Below are positions 31,876 to 47,111 of a DNA stretch of 64,000 nt, in pieces. Below the pieces are notes generated by a model. The model saw nothing but the letters and a program-made list of their open reading frames with translations. It made no database searches and was not told the DNA's origin. The stretch's first letter is position 1. The number at the start of each line of letters is the position of its first letter. The translations under genes and the position numbers were made by a program. The stretch is taken from the NCBI RefSeq assembly GCF_009914755.1, contig NC_060929.1; one strand, written 5' to 3'. Origin of the DNA: the human T2T-CHM13v2.0 reference genome, Homo sapiens.

Positions 31876-32148
31876 TATATGCACATATAATATATATTTA
31901 CATATAATATATATTTATATGATATTATACATATATTATATATTTATATGATATTATACATATATTATATACTTATACATATAATTATTATATACATATA
32001 CATTATTATATATTAATATCTAAATTATATATAAAATATTAATATATAATATATAATTATTATATACATATACATGTATATATTATATACATATAATATG
32101 TGTATTATATGTTATATGTAAATATATATTATACATAAATATATATAT
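31860..32148. repeat. (TA)n and degenerate AT-rich low-complexity tract
   Basis: About 290 nt of TA-type repeats after the Alu tail. Confidence 0.92.
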
Positions 32149-33843
32149 TTTTCTCCCAGCCCCATATATGTGCATATACACATATTAGGAAGAGCTAGTA
32201 ATTCAGGTGGAGGAACAAAAATAAGCAAAGAAAGAGAAATGTATGAGAGTATCCAGAGCCCTAAATTAAAACATCAAATAACCTTCCAAGAACACCAATA
32301 TTTGGTATTCTAGTCTGACCTCAACACAGTGGAGTAAGTCTCTTTGAATGGTCTTCAAGGAATGTGAAGGTGAAGTTTCAAGTGTGTCAAATCAAACATA
32401 TATTCTGTCAAAATAATCAACTATGGATTCACATAAAGACCTCAGTAGTGTAAATGTGTAATGTTTCTTATTTCTCTGAAAGGTTGATGCTACTGTGTTA
32501 ACACTATGATTCTTTTCAAGTAACGATAGCTTTAAAAATACTATTTCCTTTTAGTGGCAATTTTATACGTATCCCTGTTTCATGTTAAGATAGGTGTGTA
32601 GACAGGCTCAGATGGCTTTAAGAGAATCAATTTTGAGATTCTCGACTCCTTATGCACTCTTTTCTAAAAAAAATCAAGCTTCTACTTTTAAAATCCTATC
32701 TCCTGTCTTACAAAGAAAGGCATATCTTTCACCCATCTATAATTTTATAATAGTGCATTGCCTTGGAATATAAAAACATGGTGCCAAGAAAAGAGGCAAT
32801 TGAACATTTGTGTCAATGTTAAGAGAATAACTTTTGATGGTTGATTTTAATTAAACCATATCAGGTAGTTTCCAGTTCCTCACTTTTACCAGGTTTGCAG
32901 GAGCATATAATCAAATAACCAGCTGATCAATGGTTAAAACTATTCTTTGATGATAGATTCCCATGGTTATATTTTGACAAATAATTCAAAAGGAGTTCAA
33001 AGAGTTGAGTGGTATTTCTATAATAAACTCCTTTTATCCCTGTCTACTTCTTATGTGAACAAATTTTCTCAGCATTCACATCTATAGAAATTGAATTGAT
33101 GCTGAAATCCTGCCTCATTATAGCAATACAGAGATAAATGCAATAATTGAAAAAATACATCCAATTAATGATATGTCTTCTAATAAAAACTTTACTTATG
33201 TATTTATTTATCAAAATTTGTAATATGTATATATTCTTCCAATCAGTCACTGAAACTAATAATTATTGTAATGTAACGAACATTAAATCCAGAAGAAAAT
33301 TTTCTTTCTGATCATAGAAACAAATTAATAAACTTTCATATACATGTTTTTGCTGTAGAGATATATAATACAGTATATAATTTTAAAATACTCTTAAGCA
33401 TAAAATATCTTTTAAAATATATTAGGATATATTAAAATATACATTAAGATAAAGTTCTAAAGGGGAATGAGCACATTGAATTAAAAGAGGGGAAAATGAT
33501 ATAAATTTTGACTATAGAGCCAGTTCATGTATTTTTTAAATGCATAATGGTAGTTACCTAATTGCTATGGCATTTAGATTAAACTGCATATACTTAAGAG
33601 AGGGATATATCAATTCTATTTTTAAATAACAATATCTGCAACACTGGAAATTCTATCCTTTGCAATTACTTAGTCATAAAAAGAAAAATTTTGGACATCA
33701 ACTGAAAAATACACAATAAGGTACATGATTTTTAAAAAATCAGATGTATGTAAGCCAACAGATTTTAAAACCAATGAACTCAAGTACTGAAGGAGAAAAT
33801 CCTGAGTTTTATTTCAATTAACAATCTTTATAGTTTAGGTGTC

Positions 33844-33899
33844 AGATGCAGATAGTTATCTCAAGGATTTAGATGCAGATAGTTGTCTCAAGGATTTAG
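33844..33899. repeat. 27-bp tandem duplication
   Basis: agatgcagatagtt(a/g)tctcaaggattt twice, one mismatch. Confidence 0.92.
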
Positions 33900-34130
33900 G
33901 TTTTAGTCATCTAAGAGAATATATACTTCTGTAATCTACATTTCAAACATAAGAAATCCCAGAAATGATCTGGCAATGTCAAATAGTTCACTTACAGTGA
34001 CACAAAGTACAATGTTAAGTTTACAACTGACATTCATGACATCAGCTTCAAAAGATCCCTGTAATAGGACGTTCAGGCTGGAGTATAAAATACATTTCTT
34101 TTTTGGCAGATGTATACTGTGGAATACTAA

Positions 34131-34481
<351 letters not shown>

Positions 34482-34589
34482 TATATGAGTGGATCTTAAA
34501 AACAGCAAAAAAAAATTAAGAAAGGGAACAAGATCTTTAGCACTACACCACATAAGTAAACAAAAGTTACATACAGAATCTTGAATAAC

Positions 34590-35040
34590 AAAAAAGTCTG
34601 AAGAATTATTCCAGATTAAATACTCAAAAGATAACAAGTAAATGCAATGGAAACTGGATTAGGGAGAAAAAAAATGCTACAGAAAACAAACATTGCTGGG
34701 GACAATAAATGAAATTGGAGTATGAACTGTATACTAGATAACAGTAGTGTATCAATGTCAAACTTTCTAATTAGACCATTGTATGACAGCTATATAAGAC
34801 AATATATTTTGTTCTTAGGAAATACATGCTGAAATGTTTAGGAATAAAGGATATAATGTCTACAACTTACTCTCAAAGAGATCAGAAAAATATTATGGAC
34901 ATATAAATAGAGAAAGATAAAACAAGGGTTGCAAAATCTTTACTATTTTTGAATCTGGGTAATGAACACATGGTTAATCTTTCTACTATAGCAATATTTC
35001 TGTAAATGTGAAATCATTTCAAACTTAAAAAGTAAAAAGT
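34590..35040 (+). mobile_element. Old L1MC/ME 3' fragment
   Basis: ttccagattaaa...tgtatcaatgtcaaactttc...ttgttcttaggaaatacatgctgaa...acttactctcaaa. Confidence 0.6.
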
Positions 35041-35484
35041 AAACACACATGCAAAACAACCTGCAATATTTTACGAGGATACATAGGGATTCAAATATAC
35101 ATATCAAATTTATCTGAGTAGCTGTCTATGAGAGGGGATAAGTGGGACTATAGAAATATAAAAACTAATAACAGGTATTAAACAAGAAGGGTCCCTGCTT
35201 GAACTGATACTGATAATGATGCTGTGCCTTGAACTAAGTATAGATAAATAGAGAGAAAAGAAAACTAATTCAACTCTCTGCTGTTGAGTTTCAAAAATAA
35301 TAATTTAAAAAAAGAAGAACAAAAACAAGAACAAAGGAGTGTTTGGCAAACCTCGGGCCCACCCCAATGGATGAACAGTGGGTAACAAGAGAATATCTTC
35401 ATTGCCAGTTTTATGTGTTTAGTAAACATTTCAGATTACCTTGAGTTAATGATTCTCATTTGTGGAGGGTTTTAGGAACACGAA

Positions 35485-35602
35485 CACAGAGACAGAGAAA
35501 AAGTCAGAGGGACACACACACACATATGCACACATGGAGACAGACACACACATATGCACACATGGACACACACACACACAGGCACACATGGAGACAGATA
35601 CA
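35485..35602. repeat. Compound CA-rich repeat with unit about acacacatatgcacacatggagacag
   Basis: Three or four degenerate units. Confidence 0.8.
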
Positions 35603-35990
35603 TATTGGGAGAGACAGTCGTCCTTGGGCCTTTTGTGATCCTCCACATCTTGCTGCAGGTGCCTGATCACTTGTTCTTTTACTCAGGCCATTTGTCCGGG
35701 TAATTTTCAGAGATGAGGTAACATCTCTCCTCTTGGACAACGAACAGGTTAACTTATTACTTGCCATAAAAGTGGTAGATTCCTTAAGCTCTGTGTTTCT
35801 CAGTTGCAATGCAAACTCACTGCGTGTGCAGCATTTATATGGCCCATATTGTGTCACCCTTGTGGAATTTGGGGCCAAGGGGAACCAATGTAAATATGTT
35901 GATGCTTATGATGCTTGCTGTACTGTAATAACATCTTTTGCCTCTGACCCAGAAATATCATGTAGCCAGCATTCATGCAGCAGTAATGAG
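35603..35990 (+). mobile_element. ERVL LTR, LTR40-like
   Basis: cactgcgtgtgcag...ggaatttggggccaaggggaacc...ctctgacccag...gccagcattcatg match my recollection of LTR40. Confidence 0.6.
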
Positions 35991-36094
35991 TAACATAGAC
36001 TATTAAGAAGACATGAACTCAAAGGTTGTGATTTAATAAAACTAATAATTTTGCTGCTTCATCAAGGACACTCTTAAGTGAAAATGGCATGGGT

Positions 36095-36305
36095 TTTATT
36101 GTGAGTGTATGGGAGTTACAAACACACTGAATACTGGCATGGCTGTCTTGATTCATGCTAAGGTGTCAGCATTTATTCCCGCAATTGCTTTTGCACAATC
36201 AGTGCAAATATCAATATAATTTTTTTTTAAGGCAAATGAGGTGTTAGTACTATTGTGAAACTAGCTTTGATCTGAAAATGCCTCAGACATCCCAGGGATC
36301 ACTGC
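36095..36305 (-). mobile_element. hAT-Charlie (Charlie1-like) fragment
   Basis: cttgattcatgctaaggtgtcagc...ttgcttttgcacaatcagtgcaaat. Confidence 0.6.
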
Positions 36306-36309
36306 TCTA

Positions 36310-36982
36310 GGATAGATGTGCAAAATAGATTTTTGGGTCATAAGTTGTGTAACATTTCAAATTTACTAGACAATGCCAAACAGCTTGTCAAAGTGATTGC
36401 ACCAATTTACATTCTCACCTGTAGTGTGTAAGAATCCTATCTGCACCACATCTTCACCAATATTTAGTATTTTCAGATTTCTTAATTTGTGCCAAACATA
36501 GTAGGTATAATTTGCCTTTATCTGAATATTAATTAGGTTGAACATCTTTTTATACGCTTATTGACATCTCAGATGCCTTCTTTTGTAAAGTGTTCAACTA
36601 TTTGCATATTTTCTATTGGAGTATTTGATTTTATTAATTTGTAGTTCTTTATATATTCTTGAAACTGGACTGTGTCAGTTAAATGTGTTTGACTGTAACA
36701 CAGTAGCAAATATCTTTTCCTCCACTGTGCTGTTTGTTTTATGGTATCTTTTGATTAAACTCTTCATTTTAATGTGGTTGAACTGGTTAATTACACATTT
36801 CATGTTCCTTATGTCTTATTTAAAAAATCCTTCTTTACCCTAAGGTCATGGGGATTTACTTCCATATTATCTTCTGAAATCGTTAATAGTTTGATTTCCA
36901 CATTTAAGTATTGCTGGATCCTATGTTACAAGTATGCTTAGTTTTATAAGAAACTGCCAAAGTGTCTTCCAAAGTGGCTGTT
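36310..36982 (-). mobile_element. Old L1M ORF2 fragments
   Basis: caaagtgattgcaccaatttacattctcacc; aactgccaaagtgtcttccaaagtggctg. Confidence 0.65.
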
Positions 36983-38792
36983 AATAATAAATTTTTAAGC
37001 CTATGTGTATAGCTTGACACTGAATTCCATTTTTACTAGTCATCCCACTGAGCAAAAAGTATGTTTTATATTTCATTTTATTCACTGTACCTAGCATATA
37101 AACAGTCTAACAATTGGTGATGAAGGCTTAGAGGTTTAGTGAAGTGAACTGAATCTCAGTGGAGGTCGATTTATTTCATTTGGATAAACTGAGGAGACTC
37201 ACGAGGTTAAAATGCAGACCTAATCAACAGTCTCTTATAAAACGTAGGATCCAGAGGATCTGCCATGAATTCCATTTTCACTATGATGAACTTTGCCCTT
37301 TTTTCTGCCCGTTTGTTCCTGCAATTACCATACTGAAGTTATACAATTCACATATACAGCAAGGCTCCACTCTGCTCATGGGATCAGGGACCAATTTCAT
37401 TCATTGTTAGAGAGAATTTAAAGGGATGGAGGTCATTAGCTTTGTAGAGCAGCATTAAAATATGGCATGTTGTCGGTCCAGTTCTATTCCAGTTTTCAAG
37501 TGAATTCTAGTAGTTAGGCTCTGGTCCTGTTTCTTGTGAACAAGACACTCTTTTATATCCCAGTCTGAGAAACTAAACCACTTGTCTAGTTCCCTTGCTC
37601 CTGAGACTCTGAGGTCCTGGCCAGTACTTCATTTCTTTTTAAGCAAGGATCCCATTTGACTTTGGGGTATTAAAGTCGCAGCCTCCCTTGTTCTCCAACC
37701 TCTGGGACATACACTTACAGCAATCCACAGGACTTCCATGATGTTGACAATTTCCTGACTGAATCTTTATCTAAGCTCTGATGCCAGACCAAACTAGTAA
37801 AGTTCTCATAATGTGAATTGGATATAATGTGCTTAGTTCATTAGTTAACATAATTTGCTTTAACTAGACCCCTGTTGGTTATACAGCAGGGGGTACTGGG
37901 AACTAGACCAACTTCGAAGAAAAAAATAAAAAGCCTATGTCTGTAGCATAGGAACACATGGTTGCTTTAGTCTAGGTACTTCACTGGAGTGTTATTTGGT
38001 TATGTGTGCTTTTGTTAAGAACTACTGGTGCCTATGCATTGTGCTCCATGTAAAAATGCCAGGTCAAGGCCAAAGAAATAGAGAAGACAGTGCTAGCGGA
38101 GTGTGACTTATAAGGAAAAAATGATGCAATTATGTTTGTTCTGTTAGGTTTGATCGAAACCTTTAATCATTTAATTTCTGTAGGAAAACTAACTATAAAA
38201 TTGTGAACTGGAAACTGGCTGGTAATCAATTTTTTTCATATGCAAGTAATACTTTTAAACATAATTTTAAATAACATAGGATCTTAAGAATTGCAGCTAT
38301 TCCACTATAAGGGAAAAAAAGACATTCTATTTATTTGGCCTTATCTCATCACCTGTCCTATCCAAAGGTTTCTCTCTTCTCTGGAGCATAACTCTCCCTG
38401 GATGGCCCTACCTAGGTTTTTACATTACCTTATATAAGAACAGGTCTTCATTCAGTGCATGAGAAAACACTTAGGAATCATGTAAATTTCCTGCAAACCC
38501 ATCATCAAGGCTGAATGAATAAGCAGCTTAATTAAAATTCTATCAGTTTTTTAAATAGAAACTGACACTAAGATTCCAAAATTAATATAGGAAAGTAAAG
38601 AGTCAGAAAGGGCCAAAATCATTTTGAAGAAGGAGGGGAGAACTTCAATACCTATTATAAAACTATGGTAATTAAAAGCAATATGATATTGGCAACCTTT
38701 TCAAGGAACAACAATAAAAGCCCCAAAACAGCAACGGGACAATATTAATGTTTGTTAAATCTGAATGGTGGACACATGGATGTGTGATATAA

Positions 38793-39335
38793 CAGTGGTC
38801 CCCATCCTTTTTGGCACCAGGGACCAGTTTCATGGGAAGACAACTTTTCCACAGACCAGGGTGGGGTTGGTGGCGGGGGGGTGGTGGTTTCAGGGTGATT
38901 GAAGCACATTGCATTTATTGTGCACTTTATTTCTATTATTATTACATTGTAAGATATAATGAATTAATTATACAACTCACTACAATGTAGAATCAGTAGG
39001 AGCTCTGAGCTTGTTTTCCTGCATTTAGACAGTCCCATCTAGGGGTGATGGGAGACAGTGACAGATCATCAGGCATTAGATTCTCAGAAAGAGTGGGCAA
39101 TTAAGAACCCTCGCATAAGAAGTTCACAAAAGGGCTCTCGCTCCTATGAGAATGTAATCCCTGTTGATCTGACAGGAGGTGGAGCTCAGGCAGTAATGTG
39201 GGCAATGTGGCAGTGGGGGGGTGGGGAGGGGGCAAAGGGGGCAGCTGTAAATACAAATGAAGCTTCCCTTGCTTACCTGCAGCTGACTTCCCACTGTGCG
39301 GCCCAGTTCCTAACAGGCCATGGTTGGGGACCCCT
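38793..39335 (+). mobile_element. MER1A (hAT-Charlie MITE)
   Basis: TIRs cagtggtcccca...ggttggggacccctg; about 540 bp. Confidence 0.85.
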
Positions 39336-39576
39336 GTTATAATACACACACACACACACACACACACACAGAATATTTTAAAAGAAAGTTTCTATATAGT
39401 TAAATATACATACCCGAATATATACAGAATACTTTGTTCTACAATTTGGCAACTGATTTCTCCTCTCAGATTAACTACACAAGACAGCAGACTTGGCTTT
39501 GTAAATTGATTTGGTTCTCAAGTTTTGAAGCTCATTCTTGGAACCCTGAAAAAATTTGCTCTAAAAATAATGGTAT

Positions 39577-40301
39577 AGCTGGGCACCGTGACTCATGCCT
39601 ATAATCCCAGCACTCTGGGAGACTGAGGTGGGAGGATCACTTGAGTCCATGAATTCCAGACCAGCCTGGGCAACTGATATGGTTTGGATCTGTGTCCCTG
39701 CTCAGATTTCATGTCAAATTGTAATCCCCAGTGTTGCAGGTGGGGTGTGTTGGGAGGTGACTGGATCATGGAGGCAGTTTGGTACCACCCCCACTTGGTA
39801 CTGTCTTTGGGACAGTGAGTGAGTTCTTGTGAGATCTGGTCTTTTAAAAGTGTGTGGCACCTCCTCCCTCTCTCTCTTGCTCCTGCTCCCGCCATGCGAG
39901 ATACCTCACTTCCCCTTTGCCTTCCTCCACGATTTTAAGTTCCTGGAGGCCTCCCCAGAAGCCAAGCAGATGCCAGCATCATGCTTTCTGTACAGCCTGA
40001 AGAACCGTGAGCCAATTAAGTTTCTTTTATTTAGAAATTACCCAGTCTCAGGTATTTCTTTACAGAAATGCAAGAGTGGATGAATACAGCAACAAAGTGA
40101 GACCCTGTCTCTACAAAAAATCAAAAAGTTAGCCAGGTATGGTAGCACATGCCTATGGTCCCAGCTACATGGGAGGCTGAGGCAGAAGGATCACTTGAGC
40201 CCAGGAGGTTGAGGCGAAGTTAGCTGTGTTCATGCCACTGCACTCTAGCCTGGGTGATAGAATGACACTGTGTCTCAAAAAAAGTTAGATTGAATTGAAT
40301 T
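39577..40301 (+). mobile_element. AluJ split by an MSTA LTR (Alu pieces about 39577-39674 and 40089-40284)
   Basis: The two halves are contiguous in the Alu consensus; Alu TSD aaaataatggtata. Confidence 0.88.
39675..40088 (+). mobile_element. MaLR solo LTR, MSTA
   Basis: TGATATGGTTTGGATCTGTGTCC...GAATACA; 5-bp TSD GCAAC. Confidence 0.9.
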
Positions 40302-42879
40302 AAAATAATGGTATAAATTGTTATTTTATCTCTGAGAATGGCTCAAATAAGCCTATTTAACCTATTTTGCACACTAAATCATTGTCTGTGAAATGAAGAA
40401 TAGTATATGACAATACTGTTGGCATTAGCAATTTAGCAGAATGAAACATATTTTAAAGTTTTCTATAGAACTAGTGGTATTTAAAGAAAAGCAGATTTAA
40501 CAAGGAAAAGGTAAATGAAAATAACTGAAGAAGTTCTAAAGGGGACTTTTAAGTATTATCAAAAAGTTCTATAGGTAAATGACTCTGATTTTATTTTATG
40601 TTCAAACTTAAAATTGTGTGTTACTTTTCTTCATAACACTACACATCCCTAGCCTAGTAATTTTGCTTTTTGTTTTGGCTCATGAATGCAAGCGGGTTAG
40701 AGGAAGTTGCTCTTGAAGTAACTGATCAAGAGTTGGAGTAAGAAAAAGAGAAAAGTGAAAAAAAAAAGATGTTCTTCCAGGATAAGACTTTTGTTTTCAT
40801 CATCACTATATCCACAATGCACAGTATCCCTTGTAATCATCTCAGTAAATCTCTGGAATTAGGTGCTCAGCAAATCTCTGAATCCAAATAAATTGTGCAT
40901 CAATGGGAGACTATCTGCTGACTAACTGTAAACCATGAGAGGCAGAATTTTGGAAGCATCATATGTGTACATACCTCCCTTAATGGTGGATAATGTAATA
41001 AAATATATAATACTATATAATAAGTAATAAAAGGGTAAAAGGGGAGAGTTTTTGGTCAAAACAAGTGGCATCATCAGTCAGAGACAAAGTGGTTACTATA
41101 CAGAGACTGAGAGAAATTGTGCCATAAAGGTTATTCATTAAATTAAGCTTCTGTAACTCAGCATGTATCAGTCTATTGACATGCATGCTTTTCTGAAATA
41201 TTTTAAACATTAAAGCAGATCATTTTTTATGCAAATGATATTTTCCTTTGAAATGTCATTTAACAAAACAAAATTTCCTTACATAGGGTAAAAGCATGCT
41301 ATTATAAACGACAGAATTTATCATACCTTTTCATTTTTTAAGATATATGAGGCAGCCCATTTGTGATCATATTTTGTGTCATTTCCTCCTATATTATATG
41401 ATCCCCCCTAACACTGTGAAAATAACATAATGCATTTTGTACCACAAAATAATAGCTTACTCTTGATTTAGGTACACAATTCTTATTGGTTCTGTTGGGA
41501 GATTTGTAAGAATGGAAAGAGCAAACATAGCCTACTGAGTGTAAATTTAATTTGCATTTAGTCTGGAGATTCTTTTTAAAATCATAACAGATGTTTTCAA
41601 ACCAAACAGAAGATCTGTATAGCGAAGGAAAATCTTAAAATGCCTCGTTAAATTTTTCTGTCTAAGCAATCTTAATTTTTAAACTGAAGATAATCATGTT
41701 GCTAATATATCAACATCATTGTTTTTGTTAGATAATCATAGTACTTTAAACTCTGTCAAGCATTTTGTTAAACAATCACTAGTACATAGAACATGTACTT
41801 TTAAAGTCTGCCTCCAAAGGAAAAAATAAATAGATGATCAGTCAGTTCTTCAAAGAGATAACACACATAAAATTACCAGATTAAAGAACAGTTTCCTCAT
41901 GCTGTTTAATATGATTAATTTTTTCTTTAAGAAGCAACTTTTTAAAATGATGAGACAATGATAGTCTAAACTGTGCCACTGTAAAAATCTCAAAGTTAAG
42001 CTTTCCCATTGGAGCAAAAAAAGAAAGAAAAGAAAAAAAACCAAGGGAATAAAAGGACATTCTTAATTTAGAATGATTTTCCATTAGAGAACTGTTCTTA
42101 TACATAACTGAGCTTGACTATGAATCACTTGTTATAGTAAAGAAAAGACAGAATTTAAGGGATGTACTCAGTCAGAACCTTCTATACCCACATCTGGCAA
42201 ACATTTTTAGATTTAGTATTTACCCAATAGGATAATTATTACAATTTGCTCATGTGTTTTCTAAAACAGAGTTTGGAATTTAATTCTACTTTTGAACTTT
42301 ATATGCAATCTACTTTAAAAAGTGAATTCAAGATACTGAACTTAGGTAGGAATGTATTTAATAAGGGTGGTGCCTAGCAGAATCTAGGACCTAGACTCTC
42401 CCCATACCATACACAATAATGATCACATTTGGTATAAGCACTTCTGAGTTGAAGGTTAAGTTTCCAATAGTCAAAGAAAGTACCATAATTTATTTATATC
42501 TTTTCTGCTACTACTTTACACATTTTTCTTTTCATGTCACTGTAAAGATGCCAGGTACCGGAGGAAGCTAGCTATTAGAGATATACTAACATGTTGGGGT
42601 GTATGTATGTGTGTGGGGGTATATATAATAGTCATTGCAAAGATAGGGAAGGTAGCTGGAACAAGGAAACTTTGGCCATTGTAGTCTTCTTTAGTACTAT
42701 GAGAAAAATGTTGCTGAATTAGTTAATGATAGCTAAAACTCTTACCAGTCAATTAGGACAATGGTGTCTGCCTACAAATTAACTTCTTTATTTTTCCAGC
42801 AAAATGAAGAAAAATCTCTCATCAAAGTTCCCAAGTTTGAGAGTGACAAAATCTATTTCAGTAGTTTTATTATTTCTGC

Positions 42880-42880
<1 letters not shown>

Positions 42881-42928
<48 letters not shown>
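42881..42928. repeat. (AC)24 microsatellite
   Basis: Perfect dinucleotide run. Confidence 0.97.
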
Positions 42929-42933
<5 letters not shown>

Positions 42934-45540
42934 TTATTCTGAAATTCCAGATACTTAATGCAGTAACCAGCAGACTGGACTTACCTATTTTTTGGCATTA
43001 GTCCATACTATGGCAAAAGCCTAATTATTGAAATAATTTAATTGTTAGACTTTATTTTAATAACTTTTCTAAAGAATGTCTTTACGTTATTGTTTTAGCT
43101 ATGTTTTAGCTACTATGTGAATATGTCCACATTATGTGAATGTCTACAGATGAAAATTTACATATATTGTATATATAATATGTATGTGTGTATATGTATG
43201 TGCATTTATTTATGTGTGTGAATTCATAGATAGCATAATTGTGGCATCTTACTGGCCCTGACCAAAATTTAGTATTTATGAAAAGACAATATGGAGTACT
43301 ACTTTAATAATAATAGCAATATGTTCTAATCTGAAAAATCTAAAAATTTTAAAGTGATTAAAACTTATAACGTAAATGTGGAGACATAAGAAAATAATAT
43401 TATTAAGCATGATTTTACAAGTTTGGATAAAAAACTATGGCACTATATAGCTTTGAAACTTAATCAACTGACAGAGTAAAATGCTTCAGTCATGCTACAT
43501 TAACTGAAAATGTTTCCATACCAGAAAAAACTGAGTCCATTTGGTTCTTCCAAATAGTATAAAGACTTAAAGGAGCCACAAGTTTCATTTTAGAGTTACA
43601 CTTTACAACGCAAACATGCATCATTCATTAGCAATTATTGACAGAATACCTACTACCACACATTAAACGACTGTTTACCTCAGTTCCCATTACCCAATAC
43701 ATCATGTCTAGCTTTCAGTTAAAAAAAATATATATAAGACATACTGAAACATGGGCAAAAAAGATAAAACAACCATCAGAGCTAGATTAAATATGACACA
43801 GATTTTGGAATAAACAGACAGGGAATTTAAAATAACTATGATTAATATGTTAACAGCTTTAAAGGAAAAAGTAAACAACATGCAAGAAGAGATAGATAAT
43901 TAATGTGTGCAGAGTGATGAAAACTCTTAAGAAAAAAGCTTTTTAATGCTAGATATCTGAAATGATGAATGTCTGAACATGCTAAGGACTGAACATGCGA
44001 AGGAAAGAACCAGTGAACTTGATAATAGGGTGAATAGAAACTTCCCAAACTGAAATACAGAGAGAAAAAAGAATCACGCACATACACACATACGCGCACA
44101 CATCCACACCCACACCCCAGAATACACCATCCAGGAATTTTGAGACAATATCTGAAGGTGTGACTTCCATGTACATGTAATTGACATACTAGAAGGAGAA
44201 GAAAAAGAGAAGGGAGCAGAAAAGTATTTGAAGTAATAATGGCTAAGAATTTTTCAACATCAATGACAGATACCCAACTACAGATCCAGGAAGGGAAGTT
44301 CAGAAATACCAAATAGGTAAATACCAAAAAATCTGCATGTATGCATATCATATTCAAATTGCAGAAAATAAAAGACACAGAGAAAATCTTGAAAGAATAC
44401 AGAGAAAAAATACACCTTACTCCTGGAGAAACAAGAATAGAAATTTCAGCTATTTCTATCAGAAACCATGTAAATTCTGTGTCCAGTGAAATTATCTTTC
44501 AAAGATTAAAGAGAAATAGAGTTTCTAAGATAAACCTAAACTAAGAGAATTCATTATCGGCAGACCTGCACTGCAAGAAATATTTTTTTAAAGCTCTTCA
44601 GGAAAAGGGAAAATGACATCGCTCAGGAACTTAGGTCTATATACAGAAAGGAAGGACATCAAAAAAAGAATATCCCAATCACCCACATTTGATCATACAC
44701 CTTGTATCCTTGTATCAAAATATCACACATACCCCATAAATGCATACAACTATTATGTATCTATAAAAACTAAAAATTAAAAAACACTAAGGCTAAAATA
44801 AATTTTTCTTATTCTTAATTGATATAAAAGATAACTATTTAAAGTAATAATAGTAACAATGTATTAGTTATTACAGTAAGTGGATAAATAAAATGAAGGA
44901 CAGCAATGTCATAAGGAACAGGAATGAAGAACTGGACATACATTCTTTAAATGAGCCTACATTACACATGAGGCAATTTAGTGCTATTTGAAGGCAGACT
45001 TAGATTAGTTAGAAATTTATATATATGTACACATTAAATATATTTTGTATATAAAATTATTATATTACAAACTCAAGAGCAGCAACTAAAATATTTTAAA
45101 GGAAGTATAATTGATATGCTAAGAGAAGAGATAAAATGGAATCATAAAATGCTCAGTTAAAACAAGAAAAGGCAGAAAAAGATAAAAAGAAACAAAATAC
45201 AATAAATAGAAAAGTTACACACATGACAGATATTAATTCAATTGTCTCAATGATCACTTTAAATATGAAAGTTTTAAATATGCCAATTAAAAGCCCAAGA
45301 TTGTCAGAGTGGCGAAAAATATAAGACCCAACTATATGTTGAATACCATAGAGATCTGCCATAAATATAAAGACTCAGCTAGGTTAAAAGTAAGGGATGG
45401 AAAAAGATATACCATGCTAACACTAATCTAAAGAAAACTGGGGTAGCTATATTAATGTGAGACACAGCACGCTTCAGATAAAGGAAAATTCTCATGGATA
45501 AGAATGACATTACATAATGCTAAAAGCATCAATTCTCTAA

Positions 45541-45992
<452 letters not shown>

Positions 45993-46555
45993 TAATTGAT
46001 AGATCAATCTTAATAAAAAGTCAGTAAGGATATATAGTTAGTTGACCTGAACAGCACCATCAATTAACTTAATCCAAATGACATTTATAGAATACTCCAT
46101 CCAAAAACTGCAGGATACACATTCTAAAATGAAATATTTTTAAAATATTCAATTAATTGAAAAAGAAAATGGAACCAAAACAAATGAAAAAAGCTAGAAA
46201 ACAAACAGCAATATTATCAACTAAAACCTAGTTATATCTGTAATTACATTGTATATATAAGTGAAAGAAATGATACAATTGAAAGATGAGTACTGTCAGA
46301 CTGGATTTAAAAAATGACTAAACAACTATAAGCTGCTTAAAAGAAATTCACTTTAAATATAAAGATGTATGAAAGTTACAAACAGAAGAATTACAAAAGT
46401 TGTAACATGCAAACAATAAAGTGAAAGCTGGGGCCACTATATTAACAAGACAAAGAAGATTTCAGAATAACTAATATTATTAAGGATAAAAATAAACATT
46501 TCCTTTTTCCTTTTTATAATGATAAAGAGGTTGATTCATCAAGAAGACATAATAA

Positions 46556-46852
<297 letters not shown>

Positions 46853-47111
46853 GACATAAAAATCTTAAATGTGAATGCACTTAATTTAGAAACTTAAAAT
46901 ACTTGAAGCAAAAACTGACGGAGTGAAAAGGAGAAGTAGACAAATCTACATATGCATTTGGAGTTGTCAACACTCCTCCCTTAGTAATTGATTGATCAAC
47001 TATAAAGAAAAGGTATAATACCAAACACTTGAAAAACATTATCAACAAAAGGGATCTAATTGACAATGCTAGAATACCAGGCCCAACAAGGGCAGATATA
47101 CTTTTCAAGGA

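Noticed and set aside
35446-35993. Overlapping ORFs of 68-124 aa
   Set aside because: They span a CA-rich repeat and an LTR40-like LTR, with no splice or domain support.
43842-44378. Longest ORF in the track (178 aa, hydrophobic)
   Set aside because: It is the antisense reading of an A-rich decayed L1 ORF1 region with no recognisable domain.
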